A program made the translations under genes and the position numbers. Below, piece after piece: positions 1-10,067 of a DNA stretch of 64,000 bases; within the stretch, counting starts at the first letter, position 1; the number at the start of each line of letters is the position of its first letter. Source of the stretch: Podarcis filfolensis (lineage: Eukaryota); NCBI GenBank assembly GCA_964270895.1, contig OZ185437.1; one strand, given 5' to 3'. The notes below the pieces were generated by a model. The model saw nothing but the letters and a program-made list of their open reading frames with translations. It was not told the origin of the DNA and searched no databases.

Positions 1-47
1 TATATGCTGTATTTATTTATTTCATTACGTTTTTATCCTGCTCTGTC

Positions 48-312
48 TAGGGATGGGTGAATCTGCCAGCTTTGGTTTCCTCTTAGTTTCTCATATTTCC
101 AGCTCTTTACATTTTCACATCAGTTTGTGATTTTCTAAAATAATGTCCTCATGAAAATTTATCAACATTTTATTGCAAATTTATCCTAATGTTCACATAT
201 TTGTATGCAGTTTTGCCTAATATGATCGTTGTGAGGTGGTTCCCCTAATAAAATGCATTTCTGTATGCTATTTGCAGTAATATATGCATTTTTAATGCAC
301 ATTTTATCTTAG
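48..312. mobile_element. Fragment of an old hAT-like non-autonomous element (TAGGGATGG end; AT-rich interior)
   Basis: Starts tagggatgggtga; interior (tttgtatgcagttttgcctaata, aaaatgcattt) matches copies at ~7.0-8.2, 28.9, 46.4 and 48.4 kb. Confidence 0.5.
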
Positions 313-363
313 GAGGGTGAGAAAAGTTCTCAGGGATGACTCACACCCCAGCCATCACACCCA

Positions 364-598
364 GCCAGTGTGGTGTAGTGGTTAAGAGCGGTAGATTCGC
401 AATCTGGGGAACCGGGTTTGCGTTTCCGCTCCTCCACATGCAGCTGCTGGGTGACCTTGGGCTAGTCACGCTTCTCTGAAGTCTCTCAGCCCCACTCACC
501 TCACAGGGTGTTTGTTGTGGGGGAGGAAGGGAAAAGGAGAATGTTAGCCACTTTGAGACTCCTTCAGGTAGTGATAAAGCGGGATATCAAATCCAAAC
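364..598 (+). mobile_element. Squam3-like tRNA-derived SINE with L2-type tail
   Basis: A-box-like gtggtgtagtggttaagagc, B-box-like gggtttgcgtttcc, body gggtgaccttgggctagtcac...cacctcacagggtg, tail gggatatcaaatccaaac; a near-identical copy lies at 47921-48175. Confidence 0.85.
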
Positions 599-657
599 CC
601 CTCCTCCTCCTCCTCCTCCTCCTCCTCCTCCTCCTCCTCTTCTTCTTCTTCTTCTTG
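599..657 (+). repeat. (CCT)n(CTT)n microsatellite, SINE tail
   Basis: Directly visible triplet run right after the SINE; explains the poly-Leu/Phe ORF 508..720. Confidence 0.95.
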
Positions 658-2492
658 TCTTCTACCCTGATCATTTATCCTTCCCCTCCTAAGAGGTTAT
701 TGCTATATTATTTCCCCTGAGTGCTGTTTTCCCATTTGGAAAACCAAATAACATGACATGTTCGTAGCAAAAACACCTCTGGTTTTAGATAATTAATATG
801 AATTAAAACACACCCACACCAATAAAATCACCTAGCACTGAGATCTATGTTGTGTGACGGATTTCCTCCAAGTCCTGAAAACTTCCCATGGACCCTTAAC
901 CTTTGCCCCTTTTCTATCTAATCTGTCATCTTCCCCTCTTTTTATATACTTTCCCTCTGTCTTGCAGATGAAATAAACTGTAGGAAGATAACACTTCAAT
1001 CACAGATGGTACAACTGTAAAAAAAGGGGGGGGAACCTTTGCATTTTAGACAAATATAAATTAAGTCCATGTAATATGTATGTGTGGTGACATTTATATT
1101 CACACTCTTAACAGCCTTCTAAACTCTGAAGTACACTGACAAAAAAAAAACCTGTGAGATTTTTCATGGTTTTTGTTTTTTGTAAGTTAACTTGGATTTC
1201 AAAGAAGGGACAGGAAAAGAAACCACATAAACATCCAGGTTTATACTTGGCTTGCTGAATGTAGGTCTGAGTCACATTTTTGTGTCAGCCACAAGACCCT
1301 TCCTTGGGAGGAAGAGTTGCTTGTTAAGTACATCTGAGGAAACAGGATTTGGGAGGCTTAGTTTCAAGTCTTAGAACATTGGGGAAATTCCTCTTGTCAG
1401 ATTTCCTGTGTGAAGTGACATTCCTCTGATGGAGCTATGGAGTGGACGGACTCGGGAACCAAGGCAATGGCATTGCCTCTTGCAGAGCTTCTGAGGGCAG
1501 ACCTTATTCTTCCTCTCAGGTCTTAAGGAGTAGAGTCCTTTGGGAACAGTAAGGAAATTTTCCCTGCCACATGAGACACAATTAGTTTGCGTGAATCTAG
1601 TTTCCTCTGCTTGAATCTAGTTTCCTTTCCTTTCCTTTCCTAGTTTTGTTCAATCCACCAGGCAATAATATAAGTATGCAGCTTAATGCATCAGGCCATC
1701 GTTTTAAAAATTAAGGAAACAAGAGTTCCTTTAGAACTTCCCAGAAAAAGTGCTCTGGTGAAATGAATTACAGTGGTACCTCAGATTAAGAACTTAATTC
1801 ATTCTGGAGGTCCGTTCTTAACCTGAAACTGTTGTTAACCTGAGGTACCACTTTAGCTAATGGAGCCTCCCACTGCTGCCACGCCGCTGTCACCGCCACA
1901 CGATTTCTGTTCTCATCCTGAAGCAAAGTTCTTAACCCGAGGTACTATTTCTTTTTTTCTTTTTAATAATATTTATTACTTTTAAACAATACAAAAAAGA
2001 AAAAGGAAAGAAAAAAAGAAGAGATAAAAAAGAAAACAATACAATACAATGTATAAACAATACACAACACAACATTAACACAATAAACTAAACAAAACAA
2101 AGCAAAAACAATTTAAAACACACATTATACCATTTCAATATCATATCTTACATTCACTTGTTTCAACGACCTCCTCACACCTCCCTTTTTGTATTCCACT
2201 TCTATTGATTATTTCAGCAATTCCTTTCCATCTTCCTCTATTTTCTGTCATATAATTGTCTTAACATATTTTAACCTTATTTTCCCTTTAATACTCCAAT
2301 AATCTATTTGTACTTAATTCCTTCTAACATTTCTACTAAAGCCGTATAACTTCATTCCAACATTTTTCTAACACTCATTAATTTTACAATATTTCTATAA
2401 ATAGTCTTTAAACTTTTTCCAATCTTCTTCCACCGTCTCTTCTCCCTGGTCTCGGATTCTGCCAGTCGTTTCCGCCAATTCCATATAGTCCA

Positions 2493-3197
2493 TCAACCTG
2501 GTAATCTTCTGTCCGAGGCTCTTAACTCTTTTCCAAGTCCCTTCTGCAAATCTTCTTTGTATTTATACATGCACTTTACTTTGTCTTCTACTGATCTTAT
2601 TTTTATTTTCCTTCCTTTGAGACTGAAGAGTAGATCTCGGGGAAACTCCCACCTAGAGATGATTTTATTCCTTCTTGACAGGGCAACCAAATCTCCGTAG
2701 TTAAAACTAAGATCCAAAAGATATTTCAGGACGTCTTTCAAAATTTCTCCAAGTCTGAAGGCCCTCACAATTTTAATTTCTTCTTGACCCAAGTCCAGGT
2801 CCCGAAAATCAGCAAATTCCTGTGTGGGGGGATCTATCAAACTTTCCTTCTCCAGTTCAGGTAGGGCTCTGATCCTCAAAATCTGATTTTCTTTAAATTC
2901 AATCATAGAAGGCATCAACTTATGGTCATCAAGTTGCATCTGTAAGGCTGGGGCTCTCTCTCTCTCCAACTGTGTTACTTTAGGTTCAACGGCAACAACT
3001 TTCTCCCTAGCCTTCTCTGCAGTTTGCCATGTCAAAGTAGATTCCTGTATCAATTTCTGAATAGTTTCTGTATTGATGTTCACTTTTTGTCCCAAATTAT
3101 CGATTTTAGTAGTTACCACATCCACCTTCTTGTTGAGCTGTTCCAGTGAGTCATTTATCTTACTTAATGCAACCACTAAGGCCTCTTCTGTCAACAT
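2493..3197 (-). CDS. L1 ORF1p-like protein (234 aa): coiled coil, ILRIRALPE motif, CTD-like RWEFPRDLLF
   Basis: Uninterrupted ORF; N-terminal heptad-rich segment followed by a motif matching the vertebrate L1 ORF1 NLRIRGLPE. Confidence 0.75.
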   Translation of the reverse strand: MLTEEALVVALSKINDSLEQLNKKVDVVTTKIDNLGQKVNINTETIQKLIQESTLTWQTAEKAREKVVAVEPKVTQLERERAPALQMQLDDHKLMPSMIEFKENQILRIRALPELEKESLIDPPTQEFADFRDLDLGQEEIKIVRAFRLGEILKDVLKYLLDLSFNYGDLVALSRRNKIISRWEFPRDLLFSLKGRKIKIRSVEDKVKCMYKYKEDLQKGLGKELRASDRRLPG

Positions 3198-3201
3198 TCT
3201 T

Positions 3202-4258
3202 TTTTTTTTAATTTTTATTGATTTTAATTTGTTTTACTACATCAAAAAGGCTTCGGGTTTTTTTATAAAGGTATATTTGAGGATTTTTTTTTAGTTCATT
3301 GTAAATAGATTCCCAGAATTTTTTGATAGGCTCACACAACCACCACATATGATAAAAATCGCCCTCCTTGATCTTACACTTCCAACATAATTTATCACCA
3401 GTTTTATATATTTTTTCCAATTTTACGGGCATTACGTACCACCTGTACATCATTTTATACATATTTTCCCTGAGTGTTGTACATGCCGAGAATCTCATAC
3501 CTTTATTCCATAATGCCTTCCATTTGTCGAACTCTATGTTATGTCCGAAGTCCATTGCCCATCTCAACATTACCTCCTTTACTTCTTCATCCTTGGTGTC
3601 CCATTCAAGTAACAGGCTATACATTTTCGATAGGAGTTTTGTTTTACTTTCTAGTATTTCAATCTGGAATCTAGATTTTTTCTCACTTATCCCATTCTTT
3701 TTATCCTCAGTCCATATAGAATTAATTTGGTGAAATTGGATCCATCCTGTCAATTTGTTCTTTATTTCTTCATAGGGCCTAATCCTCCAACCGGTCTCTG
3801 TTTTTACTAGCAAGTCTTCATAGGTCCATCTTTCTCCTTCGATGTTTGTTTTTTTTATTGTCAGGATATCAGTTGGTGATAGCCACCAAGGGGTCTTCTG
3901 TTCCAATAATTTTTTGTTTCTTTCCCACACTTCCAGCAGTGGTCCTCTAAAAATGTGGTTAGAAAATCCTTTATGAACCTTTCCCTTGTTACGCCATAGG
4001 TAAGAGTGCCAACCAAATCTTCTATTAAATCCTTCTAGATCTAACAAGTCTTTATTTTTAATAACAATCCAATCTTTGACCCAACAAAGACACGAGGCTT
4101 CATAATACAACTTTAAATTTGGAACTGCGAATCCTCCCCTATCTCTTTGATCTGTAAGTAATTTACTTCTAATTCTGGGCCTTTTCCCTTGCCAGATAAA
4201 TTTAGAGAGCATTTTCTGCCAATCTTTGAATACTGAGGTTCCCCTGATTATCGGTATA
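3202..4258 (-). mobile_element. 5'-truncated L1 ORF2 fragment inserted into the host L1
   Basis: 16-bp TSD ttctgtcaacattctt at 3186-3201 and 4259-4274; A-rich tail with AATAAA on minus at 3202-3240. Confidence 0.88.
3208..4212 (-). pseudogene. L1 ORF2 post-RT/C-terminal region (334 aa) with CCHC-like knuckle
   Basis: KFIWQGKRPRI...RGGFAVPNLKLYY and CWKCKIKEGDFYHMWWLC are characteristic L1 ORF2 motifs; no EN or RT core; frameshift at a homopolymer near 3285. Confidence 0.9.
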
Positions 4259-5234
4259 TTCTGTCAACATTCTTAACCGATTCAAGGTCAGTCCCAGAAT
4301 CTCACAGCTTTTTATCTTGCAGCTGGAAATTCCCCCAGCTCAGCTCTTGTAACAGTTTCAAAGGCTTCCTCTAGAGGGAAACAGTTTCTATTTGTATTGG
4401 TCCTTTTAAACACAGTTCAAACAATAAAGTTAGTTTCAATTTTCAGTTACTTTCACTCCTTTTTAAACGCAGACGGAGACGATGGAAACAATATATTTCT
4501 CTTATTTAACTAGCTGTCAGTGAACGTTCTAATCACGGTCAATGAGCATTCTAAAGCACGTCAGTCCTGCTGGCAGCCCGTTTCCAGGATCGGAGCGGTG
4601 GTATTTTAATTCTGTTTGCTCTCTCCTGCAGGTATATTCAGTCTAAAACTCTCCCCCCTCTTCTCCTGCCACCAAGGGGGGTTTAGTATTTTTTACCGAT
4701 GGAAATTTAGTCCTTTACAATGGGCTTTCCGTGACTTCAGCTTGCATCCTCATTGCTTCAGTCTATTTACAGAAGGGGAAGGTGGACTTCCTGTTTTGGA
4801 CCTCCTCGTTTCGACACCAAATTAAGACGTTTAAAAATCCAATTCTCCGCTCTACTCACAGGTAGTTGCTTTAAGATCAAATTGTCCACAGGAAAAAGTC
4901 AGCGCTCTCCGGCAACAGCTATGCGGCTTCACTCCGTGGAAGAAGCAGTCAATTCGGAGCACCGCACCGCTCACCCCACGTCGCTCCGGATCCCCGAAAC
5001 CGGGTTTCCCCGCGAGTAGGGGAGGCGCAAAAGGTGCCAGCCGAATCCCATGTTCACAGGCTTCACCCGCCTGTGATTTTTAGTGGGTCTCCGCCTTCGC
5101 CGTGGTGGCCAGACCCGAAATTCCACGAGCAAATTCCTCCCGATCAGAGGAATTCTGCCATTACCGGAGGCGCCAACCCGGAGGTACTATTTCTGGGTTA
5201 GCGATGTAACCTGAAGCGTCTGTAACCTGAAGCG

Positions 5235-5310
5235 CATAGCTGTCAACTTTTCCCTTTTCTTGCGAGGAATCCTATTTGGAATAAGGGAATTTCCCTTTAA
5301 AGAAACTATG
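5235..5310. mobile_element. Mini hAT-like insert (CATAG...CTATG ends) inside the MITE
   Basis: Sequence absent from the other MITE copies; 5-bp inverted ends; no clear TSD. Confidence 0.5.
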
Positions 5311-5712
5311 CCTGAACCAGAGGTACCACTGTATATGGATTTTACAGAATCATGGGAACAGTAATTCAGCTTCCCTAAGAATCCTCTCAGAACTCAATGT
5401 CTAGAACACTGGTGGGTTCAAGGGCTGCATTACTCCAGTAGACAACTGTTGGGAGCCTGCACTCCAGTAGTTGTGGGGCTAGACCCACACAGAACCATGC
5501 ATATTTATTTATTTACACAAAATCTATATACCACTTGATTGTAAGAAAACCTCTAAGCAGTTTAATATAAAACTGAACATTAAATGCAAGGCTGAACTGC
5601 GAGTCCTACCTTACAGCTATTCAAAGGCTCAAACTATGAAATGCAGCTGTATCCCAAATATTGCATACATACAATTGCAAAATTCTTGGACGCTTTTCTT
5701 TGTATTTGCAAG

Positions 5713-5733
5713 GAACACAAGTCTATCTCTCTG
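5713..5733 (+). CDS. Candidate 21-nt micro-exon of the host gene (NTSLSL, phase 2-2)
   Basis: ttttctttgtatttgcaag acceptor; strong donor CTG|gtgagc; phase fits exon 10033. Confidence 0.35.
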
Positions 5734-7106
5734 GTGAGCCGCCCAGCCCACCCACTTTGAACTTCTTGCAGATAACTGTGCCACAATTGCACACTTTGCA
5801 TAATACCGAAGGCTTTTTCTCTGTCAGCTGCTCCCTGGGTGTGAGGGAGGGAATCCAGAGGACCAAATGAAATATGGCTCTAGTGGCATCTGGCTCATAG
5901 ACTAAGGGTTCCCCACCCCAGTATAGAAATATGGCAGAGCATGTGAAGGTAGAAAGCTTGTTGAGAGGCAACAACCTTGAAGGATAGAATGAGAGAGGAA
6001 AGAGAGCAGCAAAGTTCAGATTTTAGAAAAGTGAAGGCTAAAGCAGAACAAGGTTTTGAAAGCGCTAGGGAAAAAATAAGTGGCATGAAAAACAAAGAAA
6101 TTGTTTTTTTGACTGATATCCTAACAGAAAAGAAACCTCAGCTAAGAACCAGAGTTATTCTTATAACAAACAAGAGCAGAACTTCTACCATACTTCATCC
6201 AGATATTGCCGGGTGGCGGTATAGCAATGTAACTTCAGGCACTGGGTTGCAAGTTGGTATAATTCCAGAAATTCAGGAAAGGTTAGGAAATCCATTGTGT
6301 GTGGATGCCCTCACAAAAATGAAAACTGAATCCTTTCTGTTCCTTTATACAATGAAGATGCCACAAAATCTACTTAGTTATTTCTGCTGTTTCAAATTAT
6401 CTTGAAAGCGGATGGAGTTGTTTTAAAAAGCCAGGAAAGAAAAGCAGCACAGCTGACACATTTAGGTGGGATTCATACTTTATTTAGGGAGGAAAGGAAT
6501 TCATGATTTGGAAAGAAATGCAACATACTGTTTGTCCTTTAATGCTCATTACTTAAGCATAAAGGCGCATTATGAAACCGGATAAGGTGGCTCCCCATTG
6601 TGAATAGGTATTAGAGGACATATGCTAGGCATTCCTCTTAATGGCACTTTTTGGCTCTTGTGGGCTTATACTTAGCTTGCTATACCTTAAAGATAATAGT
6701 CACTGGTATCTCAGTGGGACTGTTATATGCATAAAAAAATTACAGGCAACGATTCCTCCTAAGTCTCTGAATAGCTGGCTAGAAAGTCACTTTGTAAGGG
6801 ACAGCAGTTTTGCTATGAAAGGGATTTTCCCTCCCCAAAATCATTTTAGTGCATGTGATTCTGCTGGGCAGGAGCAGAGAGACATAAAAGTGAGGTGGAA
6901 AAATCTAGGGTTTTAGGAAGGCTAGGCATGGGACTTCGGGGTGGGGGAGATATTTGATTCAGCTCACATTTAAAGGTGGATCTACCTAATTTGCATTTTC
7001 CAAAACAAAATCTGTGAACCGAAACACAGCCAGTATTCAAGATTCACACTTGAAATTTTTCAGTGCTGTTCTCTGGGCAAGTAATGTGTACAAGAAAATG
7101 CATATA

Positions 7107-7320
7107 CAGTGGTACCTCAGGTTACATACACTTCAGGTTACATACTCTTCAGGTTACAGACTCCACTAACCCAGAAATAGTGCTTCAGGTTAAGAACTTT
7201 GATTCAGGATGAGAACAGAAGGAGGCCCCATCAGCTAAAGTGGTGCTTCAGGTTAAGAACAGTTTCAGGTTAAGTACGGACTTCCGGAATGAATTAAGTA
7301 CTTAACCTGAGGTACCACTG
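7107..7320. mobile_element. Tigger-like MITE (CAGTGGTACCTC family)
   Basis: Both TIRs and TA flanks are visible. Confidence 0.92.
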
Positions 7321-7335
7321 TATTGGGATGAAGTA

Positions 7336-8015
7336 CAGTGGAACCTCAACTTACGTACTGCTCTACTTATGTACGATTCCAGTTAAGATCTTCAGTAGGT
7401 GCTTCGACTTATGAACTTTCCTATAGATGCAAACAGAGGCCTTGCCAGCAGTCCAGAGCTCGCCCGGCCGGCTGCGGAGCAGCGCTGGAGTCTCCGCCAC
7501 TGGGGAGAGGATCCCCATCCCACCCCCGAAGCTGTGGAAGAGGTGCCGCATGCAAGAGGCACAGCAGGGCGCACTGCAGCCCCAAACCCCGCTGAGGAAC
7601 TAACCTGAGGGAAGTCCAGAGAAGAACCTGGCCTGGCAAGAAAATAAAATGACCCTGGCCAAAGTGAATCAGCTCTTTACTGACCCTTGCCCCACCCCCA
7701 GCTTGTAGCCAGGTAAGCCCACCCACCCTCAGTGCATGTAAGGAAAAAAAAGTAAATTTTTTAAATCTACAATACTGTCTTATTTATTTTATAGTGCAGT
7801 ATATTGATTATTGCCTTCATTTTATGGATCTATGGTCCCATTAGACAGTAAAATCTGTGTTAAATTGCTGTTTTAGGGGTTGTTTTTCATCGTCTAGAAT
7901 GGATCAATTCACTTTTCCATTACTTTCTATGGAAAAGTGCGCCTCTACTTATGTACGTTTCTAGTAATGACAAGACCTCCAGAATGGATTATGGTTGTAA
8001 GTAGAGGTTCCACTG
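7336..8015. mobile_element. Longer Tigger-like non-autonomous element (680 bp)
   Basis: TIRs cagtggaacctcaacttac and gtaagtagaggttccactg; TA on the left, TG (decayed) on the right; GC-rich interior explains several spurious ORFs. Confidence 0.85.
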
Positions 8016-8379
8016 TGTGCCTATAAGTGCATATAATATATTGGTGTAAGTAACAGATAAAAACACATTATTTTAGGGGGAACTGCTTTGCAGCAATGTG
8101 TACATTAGTCAAAATGTGCATTGTGGGAGAAATTCGTACTAAAATGTTGATGAAGTTTGGTGAGGGCTTCTTTTTTTAAAAAAAAAGTTGTAAACTGATG
8201 TGAAAGTGCGGAGAAGTGAATTTAAGATAGGGAAAGTGAGATAAAGCACAGTGTGCATGAACCAAAGCAGCCAGCTTTGTAGAATCTGGGCAGCAGTGCT
8301 CCCAGCCAAAGGAAGAAACAAACTATGGAGCTGAGCAAAAGATAAGGAGATGTAAAGTGCAAATAGAAGGACCACATCC

Positions 8380-9490
8380 AGATAAAGGAGAAAGCTAAGT
8401 GGAAGGACTGTGAAGCAGGGCCTGCCCAAGACATGTGAAGGACAAGATAGCACCTCCAATTCCACAGAAAAAGCCAACCAGATTATTTGTTTATTCCCCC
8501 CCCCAATACTGACAATAGGACAGTATCCTTCATCACACCAGTGGGCAGCAGGTTAGCTTTAAGGGTTGCAAGGCAGGTTGTGTAACGACAAGCACAGATC
8601 TTTCCCCCCAACACCTTGCTGCCACTTGCTGCTTTCCATTGTCTGCCATTTGAGGCGATCACGTCACCCTGCCAAGTATTAGGACTGACCTTGTTGGAAA
8701 ATGCAGGGAAGTTGAGGAAACAGGTGCCATTTAAGAACAGGTGTTTGAGGGCATCCACGGAGATGAGGTTGTAAGAACCTTTGGATATGAGATCCTTGTT
8801 GTTGTGGACTGGAATACCCCGACCCTATTTTCCTAGGCTCAGGTATCATGCATCAATGGAGGCTGAGGAAATTGATGACACGCCAGAGCTCGGTGCGAGC
8901 CTGGTCAGATCCAGTGTGTGGTGGTGAAGAGTCATGTTCCATACTCTTTCCATGACTAGAGAAGATTCTGGAAATTTGTCCAGGAGCCCTCCTCAAAATG
9001 TGCTAGATTTCATGTATCTGCAGAATCCGGCAGTATGTAACTCCAGATCTCATTTCAAAACAATCCCATGTAATCTCTTCTAGACAATTAGCAAATCTTT
9101 ACTAATGAATCCAATCAGATGGCTGTGGATCTCTAGAGGGAAATCAGGATTTATTAAAGTTTCACCACCAATTATATTGCAACTGAAGGCAGACATTTTA
9201 CCTTTGGTTGCATCAGTGCAATCCTAATTAAACGCAGCCAAAGCACAAGTTGATTTATGTTCTTGCAAATAATCTACAAATATTTCACCATACTTGTTAA
9301 GACAGAGCACTTTGATGCCAAGCTAAAATATTTCCATTTCAATCTATGCAGCTGATGCATCAACCTTACTTGCCTCAAATTTTGTTAGCAGGCCAGATCA
9401 TTTGCATGTGTTTGCACCAACATTTTCTTTCCTGAAACTTTTGTATCCAGCTCTACTCCTGGCACATTTTTCATTAGTAGCCATTTTACT
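8380..9490 (-). pseudogene. Possible decayed RLE-clade (R4/Dong or R2-like) non-LTR retrotransposon, RT thumb to CCHC region
   Basis: One minus frame runs ~330 codons with scattered stops: W-x8-LD...SIDA*YLSLGK*GRGIP (compare DIDRLYLPRKEGGRGL), later QG...LATLKANLLPT, then frameshifted CP(Y)CQ and SHVLGRPC. Motif recall only. Confidence 0.35.
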
Positions 9491-10032
9491 TCTGTTTCAC
9501 TCAAACTAGGAGTATTCATTTCCAGACATTTCGAAGCCATGGGGGAAAGTGTTTTTTTTTGGGGGGGATGTTCATGGGAGAAGTGAATTTTATTGAGAAT
9601 ATTGAAATATATACAATACCTGCTTTCATATCAAACCAAAACTTATTTTACTGCTTTAAAAACTTAAAATGCACATAAATTATACTTTCTGGCATGCTTA
9701 TCACATTTACGAAACAATCCTATGTATGTTCACAAGGATGTAAGTCCCACACTGCTTAGCAGTGCTTACTCCTAGGTAGGCATGTATATAGAATTGCAGC
9801 CTCAAAAGTGTAAATGCACTACTGTGCAATTCTATACAATTTCCACAGAGTTCTGTTGGAATTTAATCACAGATAACTGCATATAGGATTGCAGGGTTCC
9901 ACTATGCAGGAATTTAATTCTCTAATGCTGTAGATTGCCTAACATTAAAAAAATATATTCATACTACATATTTTGAGTAAAACCTCATTTTGAAAGAGAA
10001 TGTATTTCTTACAAGTTTCCTCTTCTTTTCAG

Positions 10033-10067
10033 TGCTCCCCAAATATCAAATGAAAAATTAGGAAAAG
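10033..10067 (+). CDS. Candidate host-gene exon (APQISNEKLGK, phase 2-1)
   Basis: Strong acceptor ttcctcttcttttcag; weak donor AAG|gtctgg; open frame joins exon 14667. Confidence 0.45.

Larger units (their letters stand above)
1953..5180 (-). mobile_element. Non-autonomous L1 (5'UTR, ORF1, ORF2 tail, 3'UTR)
   Basis: 14-bp TSD gaggtactatttct at 1939-1952 and 5181-5194; CpG-rich 5' end at 5180 (cgggttggcgcctccgg on minus); A-rich 3' end with AATAAA near 1953-1980; ORF2 C-terminal peptide RLMDYMELAETTGRIRDQ...EEDWKKFKDYL at ~2400-2500. Confidence 0.88.
1771..5331. mobile_element. pogo/Tigger-like MITE (TIR CAGTGGTACCTC, TA TSD), split by an L1 insertion
   Basis: ta|cagtggtacctc at 1771 and gaggtaccactg|ta at 5331. 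The halves 1771-1952 and 5181-5331 join into the ~240-bp family seen intact elsewhere in the window. Confidence 0.9.
6944..8240. mobile_element. Old hAT-like element interrupted by two Tigger-like MITEs
   Basis: 6944-7106 and 8016-8240 match the two halves of the 48414-48850 element. Confidence 0.55.

Noticed and set aside
364-440. tRNA-like A/B boxes (also in the Sauria SINE heads)
   Set aside because: These are SINE heads, not tRNA genes; there is no cloverleaf 3' half.
508-720. Poly-Leu/Phe ORF
   Set aside because: Reads through a SINE tail and a CCT/CTT microsatellite.
968-1016. Possible exon DEINCRKITLQSQMVQL after a good acceptor
   Set aside because: Only weak donors (gtacaa, gtaaaa) and an in-frame stop follows; could be real but is not supportable.
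1261-1680. Possible solo LTR (TG...CA)
   Set aside because: No TSD or second copy; composition only.
7338-7726. Several overlapping GC-rich ORFs
   Set aside because: All lie inside the 680-bp Tigger-like element, with no transposase motifs.
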